NCBI GenBank assembly: GCA_044892505.1 | Contig: CM097884.1 | Location: 141,298,001 to 141,362,000, forward strand | Source: Schmidtea nova | Taxonomy: Eukaryota | Direction of reading: 5' to 3' | DNA length: 64,000 nucleotides | Shown here: positions 1 to 13,156 of the stretch, piece by piece | Layout: each line of letters begins with the position of its first letter | How positions within the stretch are numbered: position 1 is the first letter of the stretch | The notes under the pieces: generated by a model | The model's input: only the letters and a program-made list of their open reading frames with translations | The model's database searches: none | What the model was told of the DNA's origin: nothing | Program-made: the position numbers and the translations under genes

Positions 1-385
1 AAATTTGTGTTAAAAAAAAATTTGTGTTAAAAAAATTTGTGTCAAAAAAATGTGTTAAAAAAAATTTGTGTTAAAAAATTTGTGTTAAAAAATGTGTTAA
101 AAAAAATTTGTGTTAAAAAAATTTGTGTTAAAAAAATGTATGAAAAAAAAATTTGGGTTAAAAAAATTTGTGTTAAAAAAAATTTTGAAAAAAAAATTTT
201 GGAGCAAAAAAAATTTTTAAAAAAAAATTTTTGGCGCGAAAAAAAAAATTTGAAAAAAAATTTTTGGCGCGAAAAAAAAATTTGAAAAAAAAATTTTTGG
301 CGCGAAAAAAAATTTGAAAAAAAATTTTTGGCGCGAAAAAAAAATTTGAAAAAAAATTTTTGGCGCGAAAAAAAATTTGGCGCGA
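1..385. repeat. Tandem arrays (A6-8 TTTGTGTT)n, then (A-tract/T-tract TTGGCGCG)n; probably subterminal repeats of a Polinton-type end
   Basis: Repeat units are directly visible. The array is followed by C16/G15 (386-416) and a CTACT end at 504. Confidence 0.85.
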
Positions 386-477
386 CCCCCCCCCCCCCCC
401 CGGGGGGGGGGGGGGGCTCGGTAACTAAAAAGTCTTTGTTTGAATTTTTACGCCCACGCATTATGACTCATTTCTTT

Positions 478-504
478 GTGTTTGACTCCACACATCTACC
501 TACT
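478..504 (-). mobile_element. Putative Polinton/Maverick terminus (5'-AGTAGGTAGATGTG read on minus)
   Basis: In register with similar termini at 14185, 16040 and 18971 (AGTAG-NNN-GAT-K-TG). It follows tandem arrays. Confidence 0.5.
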
Positions 505-949
505 ATATCGTGCACAAAATGACGCCACAGTGAATGCATACATAATTTAGTAGAATTAAAAAACATATTTGAAAAATAAATAAAATAAATTATAAAACTA
601 AATTTCCTTCAAAATAAATAAATAATTCATTTATTGAAATAAATAATTTAAATATTAAAATAAATATATAAATTAAATTATAAATATTTTTATTAAATGA
701 ACAGAATGCGTAGACGTGACACAAAAAAGTATAAATAGACTCTGAAAAATCATAACTTTAATTTTGTGACAAGGCGTTATAAATTTTAATTCGACCAGCG
801 AGCACCAGTGACAGTCGAATTTATTCAGTGGAACGAATCGAACATGTATGTTTTGTGTTTTCTTTTTGCTAAGCTGTAATTTGAAATGGTTAATAAATAG
901 ATGAGTTGGAATTCTTTTGGTTATATATGTTCTCTCAAATGATTCTCGA

Positions 950-1560
950 TTAAACTGATTTTATGAAGAGTTCTATTAACTCACAGGCCACGAGTTCATG
1001 ATCAGTGGAGTTTCTTGAACTGAATACTCTGGTCGAGTCTTCTAACCATTGTTTTGTTAATTTATATAGATCCGTTAGGGTAAAGAGAAGTAAGAGGTGT
1101 AATTGGAAGGTGAAATAGAAGGAATAGACGCTGTGCTTTTCAAATAATTTTGGGAACAGATAAGCGTAGATGTTAAATATCAAAAAGCAATGTTTTAGAA
1201 AGTTAAGAGTTGGTAAATTGAAGAGAACCTTTAAATTAATAATGAGCGTAAATTAATTATCGACAGCAGGAACCCGTAAGAGAATACAATGAGTAGTTTT
1301 GGCAAACGAAGCTCACTCGCTCATTGAATTCTCGCATCACTCTGTACATTACCTACATAGATTACAAGAGAGCAACTACGGGTACACGAGTGAAGGAGGA
1401 TTAAACATTTTCATGATAGTATATGGGTTGAAGGAATCCCTAAAAACAACAAATTTTAACAACCCATTTACCAACAGTAAAAATAATTACAAATGTGCCT
1501 TTTATTGGCACAGAAATTTAATTGGTAGTTGCGGACCCTACGTGCATTAAGTGCGCTCAC
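950..1560 (+). repeat. Diverged dispersed repeat, inverted homologue of 27800-28280
   Basis: For example, GGGTACACGAGTGAAGGAG at about 1381 matches the reverse complement of CTACCTCACTCGTGTACCC at about 27806; flanking blocks are also similar. Confidence 0.55.
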
Positions 1561-2084
1561 TTCTGAAGTAGCTTTCGATCACAGACAAACAGTACAAACA
1601 TGGACGTGCCCAGTAAAGGTTTCACAGATATGTCTTGTGGATGACGATGGTGGAGTCGAGAGAATCTTATGTAATGACTGCTAAACAAAATTAATTTTCG
1701 TAGAAATTCAAGGCAGATACTCTTTCTTTTAAAAACGGTAATATGTTGTCTTTATCTTTTTAGAATACTTTATTTGAAAATTTCTTTTTAAGTTACTATT
1801 TTGTCTCGTGAGAGCCTTTGAAAGCTCCTTGTAGAATATAATCTGTTACAAATGTTGGCCGAGATCTATGTGAGCTGACACTTCACGTTTTTATAGTTAA
1901 TAACCAATTCCATTTATTTCAATAAATAACAAATTCTATATAAATAAACAATAATTTCTATTGTGTCCGCTGCTTAAACTGATTTGGAGGTTCTATCTAG
2001 AAAATAATAGTAACAATAAATACTAATAAAAATATAATAATAATGATAAATGTTTAATTAAAATTCGGTTAATAATTAGCAATA

Positions 2085-2392
2085 GGAATTTATCTTGCAT
2101 TCCACTTACTAGTGAAAAGTTGCTATTTCTTATGCTATACGTTGGTGGACTTAGAATACGGTTTATTGATTCATATCAGTTCGTAAATGACTCGTTAGCT
2201 ACAATGGTTAAGGTAATGATTGTTTATCATCAACAAAATCAGTATTCAATGGCACTAATGTCGACTCAAAAGGAACATTGCCATATAATTACGCCATCAG
2301 TCACTAGATTATGGAAACTAAATATCAACTACCTGCGATTTGGGAAAAAATGTAACACATTGTTGGACTATATTAAGGCGTATTTAAATTGA
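2085..2392 (+). pseudogene. Polinton protein-primed DNA polymerase B fragment
   Basis: SCIPLTSEK...LRIRFIDSYQFVNDSLA matches the pPolB copy at 46410-46865 (ISCIPSTTEKF...KFIDSYQFVNASLA). Confidence 0.7.
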
Positions 2393-2532
2393 ATGTTTAA
2401 GGACTCGTTGACTTTTTCAGCAATTCAAATCAAAATCAATGGTTCATAGCATATTAGAACCATTAAATCTCTTTATAATCCTTAGTATGTTATGGGCATC
2501 CACTCTAATGACATTAGAGAGATCTTGAGTAC

Positions 2533-3282
2533 AATATGGTTGTGTGTCACTAGGTAAAGACTTTTTGGAAAACGAGCTCCAAAGAAAATTCGGCTCAGAT
2601 TACAGGCTCTCTTGAGCCGACTTTGCCCCCCAAATTCAAAAAATTAAGGGGAATTGAAAGCCTATTTCTTCATAAGGATTTTGAACTACATTTATCTTAT
2701 TGACTACCTCTAAACTTATACTCCTCAATTTAAAAAAAAGTAAATACGTTTTTTTTATATCTTCAATGTAAGTTTTTCTTATATTTTTATCAATAAATAG
2801 AGAACAAAAATAATCAGATAAAAGATTTCATAGATATTATTTTAAGTTAAACAAATAATCTTCAAAGAACCAGCAAAATATTCGCGATTCCAATTATAAC
2901 ACAATTATAATATGGTTGTGTGTCACTAGGTAAAGACTTTTTGGAAAACGAGCTCCAAAGAAAATTCGGCTCAGATTACAGGCTCTCTTGAGCCGACTTT
3001 GCCCCCCAAATTCAAAAAATTAAGGGGAATTGAAAGCCTATTTCTTCATAAGGATTTTGAACTACATTTATCTTATTGACTACCTCTAAACTTATACTCC
3101 TCAATTTAAAAAAAAGTAAATACGTTTTTTTTATATCTTCAATGTAAGTTTTTCTTATATTTTTATCAATAAATAGAGAACAAAAATAATCAGATAAAAG
3201 ATTTCATAGATATTATTTTAAGTTAAACAAATAATCTTCAAAGAACCAGCAAAATATTCGCGATTCCAATTATAACACAATT
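2533..3282. repeat. Tandem duplication, 376-bp period
   Basis: 2533-2906 and 2909-3282 appear identical by eye. Confidence 0.95.
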
Positions 3283-6200
3283 TTCCACGAGGCAATTAAA
3301 ATCAATATTTATTTCGATGCCAATGTCAAGTGCAGAAACTCCCTAGCAACGAAAGATTGACATCCTTATGTGAAACGGAATGACAATAATGCTAAATTGT
3401 TTCTATTATTTTAAGCCACTGAGACGGGAAGCCGATTCGTTTATTGCTTTTGTCAACAGTATTCATTTATGGGCCAATGGCATTCTATGCGGGAATTGCT
3501 GACTAACTGATTACTTACTAATTTATAATTAATAAGTAATATAAACTTATAAACTGAAAAAATATAAAATTTAATAATTGACTTAAAAAAGATGAAGTTT
3601 AACTCTAAAGTTTTTTCATTTTTTTCATTCTTTTAGAATCTAAAAGAATGAAAAAAATTTAAATCTAAAATTTAGATCATGGCTTTTCAATCTGGATCGT
3701 TCCGTGAATAATTCCCTTCCAGTTGCCTATGTCAGGCATAATCCACAGACAATACTTACTCTCCTAAATGCCACACTTTTCTATTCTCCACTTTTTACGA
3801 GAACTGACTTTTGTCATAGTAATATTTCTATGATCCGCTACTTTTGTTTAAACAACACCTTAACAATTTCTAATAAATTATGGCTATAAGATTTTGTGAA
3901 GTAAGTCCACATTTAACAGACAAATTAGTAGACTAAATATTCACCTAAAAGTTTCAAAAGGAAATTTCCCGAAGATCTGTCCATGAGACACTTCAAAAGA
4001 CAAATCTCGATAGTAAAGTTAAGTGACGCAATTTAATTTTAAAGTATAAAGTTATAGATCAAGAACTCTTGACATAGGCCGATCCTCTTGAAACCAGTGA
4101 TACGAAACTTTATTAATTAATAAGGCTAATTACCATGGTATAGATGACTTTAAAGGGTCCATTAAGTGGCTTTTAAAATGTTCATAAAGACATAATGTGA
4201 AGGTTGCATGACGAGTCACATGCGACAACGCCTGTAGAAACCAATGAATATTTAAGTATACTCGTCATCTACAATTACTCTTTATGATCTAGACCTCGGG
4301 TGTCCACATTTTTAGTTCCGTACACCAAAAGGAAACACCAAAACTTTTCGAGATCTAATTTTCTTTGCTTTTATTAAAGTGTTCAGTTGCTCGGTTTTTA
4401 AATATTTGGTTAAAACTTTGTTTAGAGGCTTAAGATGATATTTATCTTAATTATTAATATATTAATTATAATAATATTTTGTCTTAACTGCAGCTTCCTT
4501 TGAATATTTATTGCAGTTTAAATAATAGAAATAAACCGTTTAAGTTTCAAATCTTAAATCAAATTTTAGGTTTATATTTTATCCTCTATTATTGCTTTAA
4601 TATGCGTACTGTATTAAATGAATATAATTTTACATTTTCATTTTTACTTGAAATTTAACAATTAAAAAACAAAATTATCAAGTTAAAATTTATTCAATTA
4701 AAATAATGAAACTGTTTGTTAGTTTCTAACAACATTTTAAAACAGGATCCAAATCACATGTAGCTACTCTCAAGTTTGCTTCCAAGTGTTCATCTGAAAA
4801 TCTCGATTGTGATCAGTCTATTGGGGTTGATATTAAAATCACGAAAATAGAAAGAAATAATATGAAAGCAAAAAAAATCGAAATAAATAAAAGTGAAAAA
4901 AAATTTATTAAAATTTAAAAATTAATATTCATCGGGGGAAATGGGTATGGTTGAACGCCAAATCAAGAGACAAATCTTAGAATAATAATAAAAATTTAGC
5001 GAGGGAAAGTTATATCGCAAAAACAAATTAATCAAAATTAATTAATCGCTCAATGAGAAGCCCCAAACAATGGGAAACCCGCGCGTTGAAGAAAACCGGA
5101 GCGCATTAGAAACTCGAGAGATCAAATGTGGGAGATTGCGCAAAGCAATCAAAGAAAAATCCACCCGGGCGCGAATAGGAGAGCAACATTATAATTTGTT
5201 GATGGGTCAATTAGGCAGACATTTGTTGATTTTTCTGTCGTTTAGGTTTAGATAATTACTGTAACTGTCAATTTTTATGTTAAATGTTGTTTTGGGCACA
5301 TAGTGACCACTTTTGTTGTCAATTACTTGTGATCAGGTATGTGTGGTGCATGCGTGTATTATCTTTTTATTGTATAACTAAATTATTATTATTACTAAGT
5401 TATTATTAAATTATTAGAAAAATTAAGAATTTAAAATAGGAATTTGAAATTGGAACAATAGAAATTACTATAGGAAATAGTAATAACTACAGAGACATAA
5501 TTTGGAATATTAAATTGAATGTTTAAAGAAATTGATTAAAAGTTAGAAAAGAAACAAATTTTTATGAACAAAAGAAATCACAAGTATAAGAAAAATCAGA
5601 ACAGGAAATAAGAAGAAACACTTTTATTATTACATTGCGAGTAGTCTTTAATTTCATTTACTTTGTATAAATAAAATTGTTATTAAAGTTATTATTTGTT
5701 TATTATTTGTTAGTGTAAAAACATATCAGCACGCATACAAGCACCCACTTTTATTACATAGCACTCACCCCAACAGTCCCGACAAATTTTTTACCAGAAA
5801 CTCTTCTTAACATCAAATAAAGAACACTATAAACATTTTAAAATATGTTACAAAACCAGACAACTACATAACTACAATACCACACTTACTTATATTCATC
5901 TTCAGTCATAACCACAAATAACAAATTACATAGAATTTCGCACTATTATTACAATTCTATTATTAACATAACTCCTCATTAACATTTACAATTACCATTC
6001 GAGAAATGTATAAAAGGACACCCAAAAAGAAAAAGGCAGCCAGTGGTCGAGAGGGAAAATTAGAAATATTTTCGCGGACTTCGAAATATAATAAAACGTA
6101 AATTATTGGTGTCAGTTGGTCAAATCGAAAGTAGTCGAGGAGAACAATATTATGTGGAGGTTTTTAAACTAAATTAAATTTGAATTGGAAATTGAATAAA

Positions 6201-7489
6201 ACAGATAGATAGAAAATTGTGATCAAGAACAAAACTGATGGCAAATGAAATTATGAAGGAAACAGAGTTAGGAAAGGGTACAGTTAGATTCGAAATGCAG
6301 AATGTGCAAATTTGATAAAAATTAATAGGTGGTTAATTTATCGAAATTGAATGTGGTAAACGGGACAGGAATAGATTAGCTAATGACGAAGAACATAGTT
6401 GATTAGGAATCGGTCAAAAAATAATTTTGAAATGGTCGAAAAGCATGCAAATGCATAAAAACAGAAAATTGTTAACTAATTAATTAATTGACTAATTGAA
6501 AACCCGAGCTAATGGAGAACCCGAGAGATGAAGAAAACCCGAGTTTGGCAAACAAGGAGAGTAAACAAAGTGGAATTTGGAAGGCCATTATCTCGACAGC
6601 ATGAGTAATGGGAATAACCATAATTGGTTTTTACGAAAGGATAACAAAAGAACGTAACTAATAATTATTAGTTCTCAAACGATATTCAAGAAAACCGATT
6701 GTCAAAGTATTGTCAAACAGAGGCGATTTGACCAAAAAACTAAATAATCAAAATAATTATTTTAGTACATAAGAAAAGTCAAAATAGAAAACAATTGGTA
6801 TTTTGGTTTAGTTAGGGAGAAGAAGCCAAGATTAGGTTAAAGGTATCATAGTTAGAAGGAATAGGAAAGCAAAGCGATTTACAAAGCGATCAAATAAAAG
6901 ACTAAAGAGAAAAAGAGTAAAGAAATTTATAAAGAGCTGAATCAAGAGAAAACTAAATTGTTAAAGAAAAAGAGTTCAATCCAGAGGAGCTAATATACAA
7001 GGTGATCTGTTATAAAGCCCACAAGTCAATACATCCAATGACGGAGATCGATCGAATAATTGGAACGTTATATCATTGTTGTGAATTGTAAAATGATTTT
7101 ATTAATTTAAAACAAATATATGTTGGGAGTGTTATTAGTTATTTATTTGTTTGAACACGATGAGTCAGACACCAACGATTATTAACTGGTTTAATTAAAA
7201 TCCAATAATTAAACAGATTAATTTGAGGAGTCTGAAAAGATAATGAAGAGTGCTGAGAAAATATTGAAATAAACTCTAGTCAAACAAAACGTACCAGAAG
7301 AGTCTATTACCCTTTGGGTTATACGACTTAACGTGAATCAAAGCGAGAACAGGAGAAAGTGCAAATTATTGAGTGTAAATTGTATTGATTAAAACAAGTT
7401 TACTTCAAAGTATTTTTATTTATTTATTTTAAATTACCACAGTAGATTTTCATCTGAATTTAGAACTATGAAACAATTAGTTAACAACA

Positions 7490-7810
7490 AAAACCATTCC
7501 AAATATTTCGAGAAAACCCTGCTCATCATCAGGTGCTTTTCAGTCAAACATTCAAACAAATTAATCACAATTTTGAAATATACAAAACATAGTAAAAGTT
7601 TTATTTTTTTAAATCATCAAAAATATTTTAAAAACGATATTATTTTTTTGAAATTTTAAATAATCTTATCTTAAAAATATCACTTAATAAAAATTATTTT
7701 CAAGAATATTTTAAAAATATTTTTATATTTAGAAACAACAGTATGATCACAAACAAAGCCAATCATCATCAAATTACAATGCTCTAAAACTCGAAACAGA
7801 AAAGACGGAC
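7490..7810 (+). repeat. Copy of a long-TIR repeat family (also 15640-16010 and 36371-38480)
   Basis: Shared blocks ATATTTCGAGAA..CATCAGGTGCT and AACAACAGTATGA..AAAGACGG. Confidence 0.6.
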
Positions 7811-7994
7811 AAATTTCTCTAATGTATTTGGCATTTTATCCAAGATATTTGAAAAGTTAATCAAGTATAAAATAAAAACTAAAAAAACATAAGTAGTAGA
7901 ATGTATTCTCGTCAAATACAGTATCACCCTCCGAAATTATTCAAAAAATTAACCTTTAACATATATACATAAAACAATTACATAATATTGTGTA

Positions 7995-8200
7995 ATAATC
8001 GGCACCGGTTACGCAGCATTTGACCCGGTTACATAACATTTGGCCCCAATTACATCATATTTGAACTCAATTACCGCATACTCGACCCCAATTAGATCAT
8101 ATTTATTCCCCAAATACTTCCTATTTGACATCAATTGACCTTTATTGCACCGTTTTTGACCTTTGATCCCAGTTGATCTTTACACCTTGACCTTTAGTTG
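7995..8200. repeat. Degenerate tandem repeat of about 20-21 bp (ATTTGACCCCAATTACATC-like)
   Basis: Six to eight visible units. Confidence 0.6.
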
Positions 8201-9464
8201 CCATGCGGTGACACGCGTACCAACTTACGCACACATGGTAACTCATTTACATAATAACTATCACCTCCAATAAAATTAAAATATGATTTCGAATTATTAA
8301 AATTATTTATTAATAATTTGAATTGCAAAATATAACAAATAATACATTTATTTAAAATTATTTATTTAGTAAACATTACATTAATTTACAATTTAAATAT
8401 AATTATTTAACATTTTAAACAATTCAAAGCATTAATAAAACAATTTTTATAAGAAGTGAAAATGATCACGATATAGGCATGAAATATTGTCAGGAAATTT
8501 TCGAGCTTCTTTTAATGTATATATTTGATTATTCTCAAATTTGGGAAATATTTTTTCAAAATAATAAGTTTATCATAATCACTGACATAGAAAATTGCAC
8601 TAGTATCTTTAATATCGTTCAAAATACACGTTGGACAATACTAATCTTCTTCCTCATACCATTCTAATCAATCAGGAAATTTAACTCCTGCCTAAAATGG
8701 TAAATCATTATATATCCAATACTTTGGGCTTAAAATATTATTTACATTCATAATACACAATTCGTTAATAATTAACCTACCTGCATTATCATTATAACCA
8801 TAAATATCAATAAAATAACAAGTCATTTTTTATAAAAAACATTTATTAAACAACACTGTTTATAGACATAACATAGAATTTAGCCATGCAAGACAATGTT
8901 GACCACAAGTAATTGTCAGTGGATTCTTATACCAAATTCTATTATATGCAATAAGTTTACCTATTGTTTGTATAACAAACAAAAAATTAGTAAAGCGCTC
9001 TTATTTTCTAACTTTGATAAGGCTCCTGAAATGTATTATGCAAAATAAATTCCACTCTTTATATCATTTGTTGACTTTAACGTCTCAATTCTTAGCTTCC
9101 AGTGATGTGTTTTATTACTTGTTGGATGTTTTTAGGTCTAACCTCATGAATTGATTTAAATTCAATCATAAATTATTTAAATAATATGCATAGATTTTTT
9201 CAATATAAAATAATCACTAACAAGAATTTCTTTTTTCATAGACATTTTTAAAAACAAATTTGCAACATTTACGTGCAAATATTTAAACAAGTCAGTTTCA
9301 TTTTAATAATATTAATATATTTTTAAATTTAAAATTTTATATTACTTTAATTATATTACTTTAATTACTTTCATTTTTTAAGGTCCTCATTATTTGTCAA
9401 CTTGAAAATTTATGATTATTTATAAAATGAAACAAGAAATATTTATTAAAAATTTGATTGATGG

Positions 9465-12273
9465 TAGGGTTCGGAATCCCGGGATCCCGAAATCCCGGGA
9501 TCCCGCAATTTTTAGCAATCCCGAAATCCCGGGATCGAGCACTTGATCCCGGGATTTGACTTTTTAAGCCTAAAAGGAAAAATACCTTACAGTTTCCTTA
9601 AAAATTCTTTAAAACAATCGTTTTTGGTTGAACATTTTCAAATTTAAATTTTTTCGGTTGAGATTTGAATTTTGTCATATAGAAAATACTTTTTTTTTGC
9701 ATTCAAATTCTTAAAATATATAAATTTTAAAAATCGAAATTCTTGGAACTTTTTTTTTTCAATATTCAATTTGTAATTATATTCTTAAAATTTTTTGTTG
9801 GCGCTCAGACGTAATTAGTATATAATTGTTTTCACGTGTTATTGTTTTTGATTATTTTAAAGTGTAGATTTAATTAAATTATCATTCGGACTATTTGAAC
9901 AACAAATTTTAAAAATATAATGGCTTCTTACATAGACCATGAAAAGAAAAGTAATTCTGCTGTTTGGAAACATTTTTTACGAGAAGAAAAAGGACAGACA
10001 GCGATGTGTAAGTATACCGACTGCAAAAAAATTCTAAAAATTGGGGGTGGGTCAACGAAAGGTCTCCATACGCATCTACTTTCCGTCCATAAAATTAACA
10101 TCACAACAGCTACTACTTCGGCTAACACATCAGATGAACCACCAACAAAAAAATCGAAAACGTTAACCAAGTATTTTCCGATGCTGGAACGAGAAGAAAA
10201 ATCACTTCCTGCTACACTTGCAAGGTTAACCGCACTTGATGGGATTTCATTTAACGTTATATGCCGTTCTTCTGATTTACTTGCAGGTCTTATAGCAACA
10301 GGATTCAAAAGTTTACCTACAACAGTCAACACAGTGCGCAAAATATTTGTAGATTACAGCAAAAAAATTAAGAATTCATTAATTACGGAAATAGATGGCA
10401 AATAAAACCCACAATTCGGTGTTGGTGAGAGATTTTCCTTATCGTTTGATGAATTAACATCACTACGTAACCGTTGGTACATGAATATTAATTTACATGC
10501 TCAAATTGTCAGTTCTGGAGCTTAGGCTTAATTCGAATAACAGGATCAATGCCTGCAGATAAATGTATTGAGCTCCTAGAACAAAAGCTCGCAGAATATG
10601 GACTTGATTTGCGAAAAGATATCGTCGAAATTATGACTGACGGAGCAAGTGTAATGAAAAAAGTTGGGAGATTATTACCTGTAAATCAACAATTATGTTT
10701 TGCCCATGGTGTGCAACTGGCCGTAATTGAAGTACTATATCAAAAGCAAAATATAGAAACAGATCAGCAATTCGACGAAGACGAACAATCAGAAGTAGAA
10801 CACGATTTTTCGGAGAGTAACGACGATGAAATTTTTTCTGACAACGAAGAATTGGTTGATCTCGATTCTGGTCATAGGCATGGAGGAAACCAAAGTGATG
10901 TTACTGAGATAAATTCCGCTCCAGTGATCAAAAAGGTACGAAAATTGATAGTAATGTTCAGACGATCGCCAACAAAAAACGATATCTTGCAGAAATATGT
11001 TGCGGCTGAATTTGGGAAGCAAATAACTCTAATAAAAGATTGCAAGACTAGGTGGAACAGCCTTTTGTCAATGCTTGAACGTATCTATTTATTAAAAAAT
11101 TGTATTCAAAAGGCATTGATAGACATAAGTCTACCTGAAGGTGAATCATTTGCTTTATCTAATGATGAGCTTAAAATGATATCTTCTATCATTAGTGCTC
11201 TAGTACCAGTAAAAGCAACAGTCGAGGCCCTTTGTCGTCGGGATGCTAGTCTGTTCACAGCCGATGTTGTTATAACTTTTATGTTAAAAAAACTTAAAGA
11301 TTCTAACAACGTTATATGTCAAAAATTGCATTCAGCTCTCATTCTTCGCATGCAACAAAGGCGGACAGATATCAGTGGTGTACTTCAGTATTTACATAAT
11401 GGTAGGACAAACGTTCAGTCCGAATCTGAAATAGCGCTCGTAACAGTTCCATCTGCCGTAAAATGTCGCAAAATAATAGTTGAGTTACTCGAAAGATTAG
11501 ATGCTGCAAATTCAGCTACAGCACTAACAGCTCATGAGTCCGAAGTTGAATCTTCTGTTTCAAATGAGGCACCTATCGAAATTGTTTCAGATTCTTCTGA
11601 TTCTCCATCTGAATCTCTTTCCTTTTCTCTTGAACAACCTTTAACTATTGCAGACGAGCTCAATAAAGCTATAAAACAAGCACATTTTCCGAGGATGCCA
11701 ATTCGATGTGAGATGCTGTCAGCGAAAATTCAAAAGGAAATGGTATTGTTTGAAAATGGAGGAACACGTGGTGATTTTTTGCAAAGAGCGTATGATTTTC
11801 TAATGACAATCAAACCAACCAGTGTAGAGTCCGAACGTGCCTTTTCTGCTGCCGGACTTTTTGCAACGAAAATAAGAAGTCGTATGGGCGATGAAACTTT
11901 GGATGCACTATGCTTTCTTAAAAGTTATTTGATGTATGAATTTGATGTATAATATTATAAAAACATTTATTTTCTTTATAATTTAATAAACTATTTTTTA
12001 TAAACTTATTTTTGAATGTGTCATTTTTTTTAAATACCTGTTCTTGAAATATATTAACGGGATTTTTAAATACCTGTTCTTGAAATATATTAACATATTA
12101 TTTTAACAAAATTAATCTCTTTCTTTTTCTATAAATTTGGTTAAAATAGTATGTTAATATATTTCAAGAACATGTATTTAAAAATCCCGGGACTAATCCC
12201 GGGATCCCGGGATTAGGAAAATGCAATCCCGAAATCCCGGGATTGAAAATATAGCACGGGATTGCCAACCCTA
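9465..12273 (+). mobile_element. Full-length hAT DNA transposon (2809 bp)
   Basis: TIRs TAGGGTTCGGAATCCCG and TAGGGTTGGCAATCCCG (15/17 identical). Perfect 8-bp TSD ATTGATGG at 9457-9464 and 12274-12281. ATCCCGGGAT subterminal arrays at both ends. Confidence 0.97.
9920..11952 (+). pseudogene. hAT transposase, disrupted by a TAA at 10403-10405 and a frameshift near 10510
   Basis: BED finger (VWKHF..C..C..LHTHL), FSLSFDE, TDGASVM, TRWNS and the PTSVESERAFS dimerisation motif. The segment between the two ORFs translates as ERFSLSFDELTSLRNRWYMNINLH. Confidence 0.92.
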
Positions 12274-12989
12274 ATTGATGGTCTCTTGTCTAAAGAAAAA
12301 GATGATGAAATCATATCAAGTTTACAAATCCTAGTGTCCGATGCCGAGAAAATATATTATTCCAATCCCATCGACTATTTATGGATTTTGAACCAAAAAC
12401 AAATACAAGTAAAAAACATGCATTTAAAAGCGTGTTTTACTTATTATTTGAGTCTGAAATGAAGTGGTAACATGTCATTGTGACGTTCATGTATATAAAA
12501 CAGATAATGGATAATTCGGGTTCAAATTATGAAAATTATTTTCAATGGTCAGTACAGGTATATTATTTTTATTTAATTATATTATTAATATTATTTTAGA
12601 TTATCCAAAGTGAAATATGTCCCTGGGTTCAAGAAAATGGACAATGGCAAAAACTACTAAAATTGACCGAAAATAGTAGGACTATTATGAAAACCCATGA
12701 AAAATATGTTGAAAATAACAATTGGACTCTGTAGTATTTATGCTATTGTAAATTTAATTTATCGAAAATAAATGTATTTCTGTTTAAGTATAATTGAGAT
12801 ATAAATGGAAAATACTGTATGAAGCTTTTACATATAAAAACCATCACCAAAGAGGTTCTGCGACCAATGTTCTGCTACTAATGTTCTATTAGGAAGGTTC
12901 TGTTACTTGAGATTATTGGTTATTATAATAATAGTTATTTTTTATTTGATTATTCATATATCATCTAATTAATTAAAATATTTTCTCAT

Positions 12990-13117
12990 GAATTAAGTAA
13001 TTCCGCCTTAAATAAAAATCTTTTCATATATGACCTATATTATTTAAATTAAATAAAGTATTTTCATATATGAACTAATTTGTCGTTGAATAGCATCATA
13101 TGTGACCTACTTTATTT

Positions 13118-13156
<39 letters not shown>

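Noticed and set aside
37-522. ORFs 37-285, 42-461 and 328-522
   Set aside because: They are translations of the tandem arrays and C/G homopolymers.
3350-3890. Possible decayed non-LTR reverse transcriptase on minus
   Set aside because: Only a vague resemblance, with no intact YADD or QG motif.
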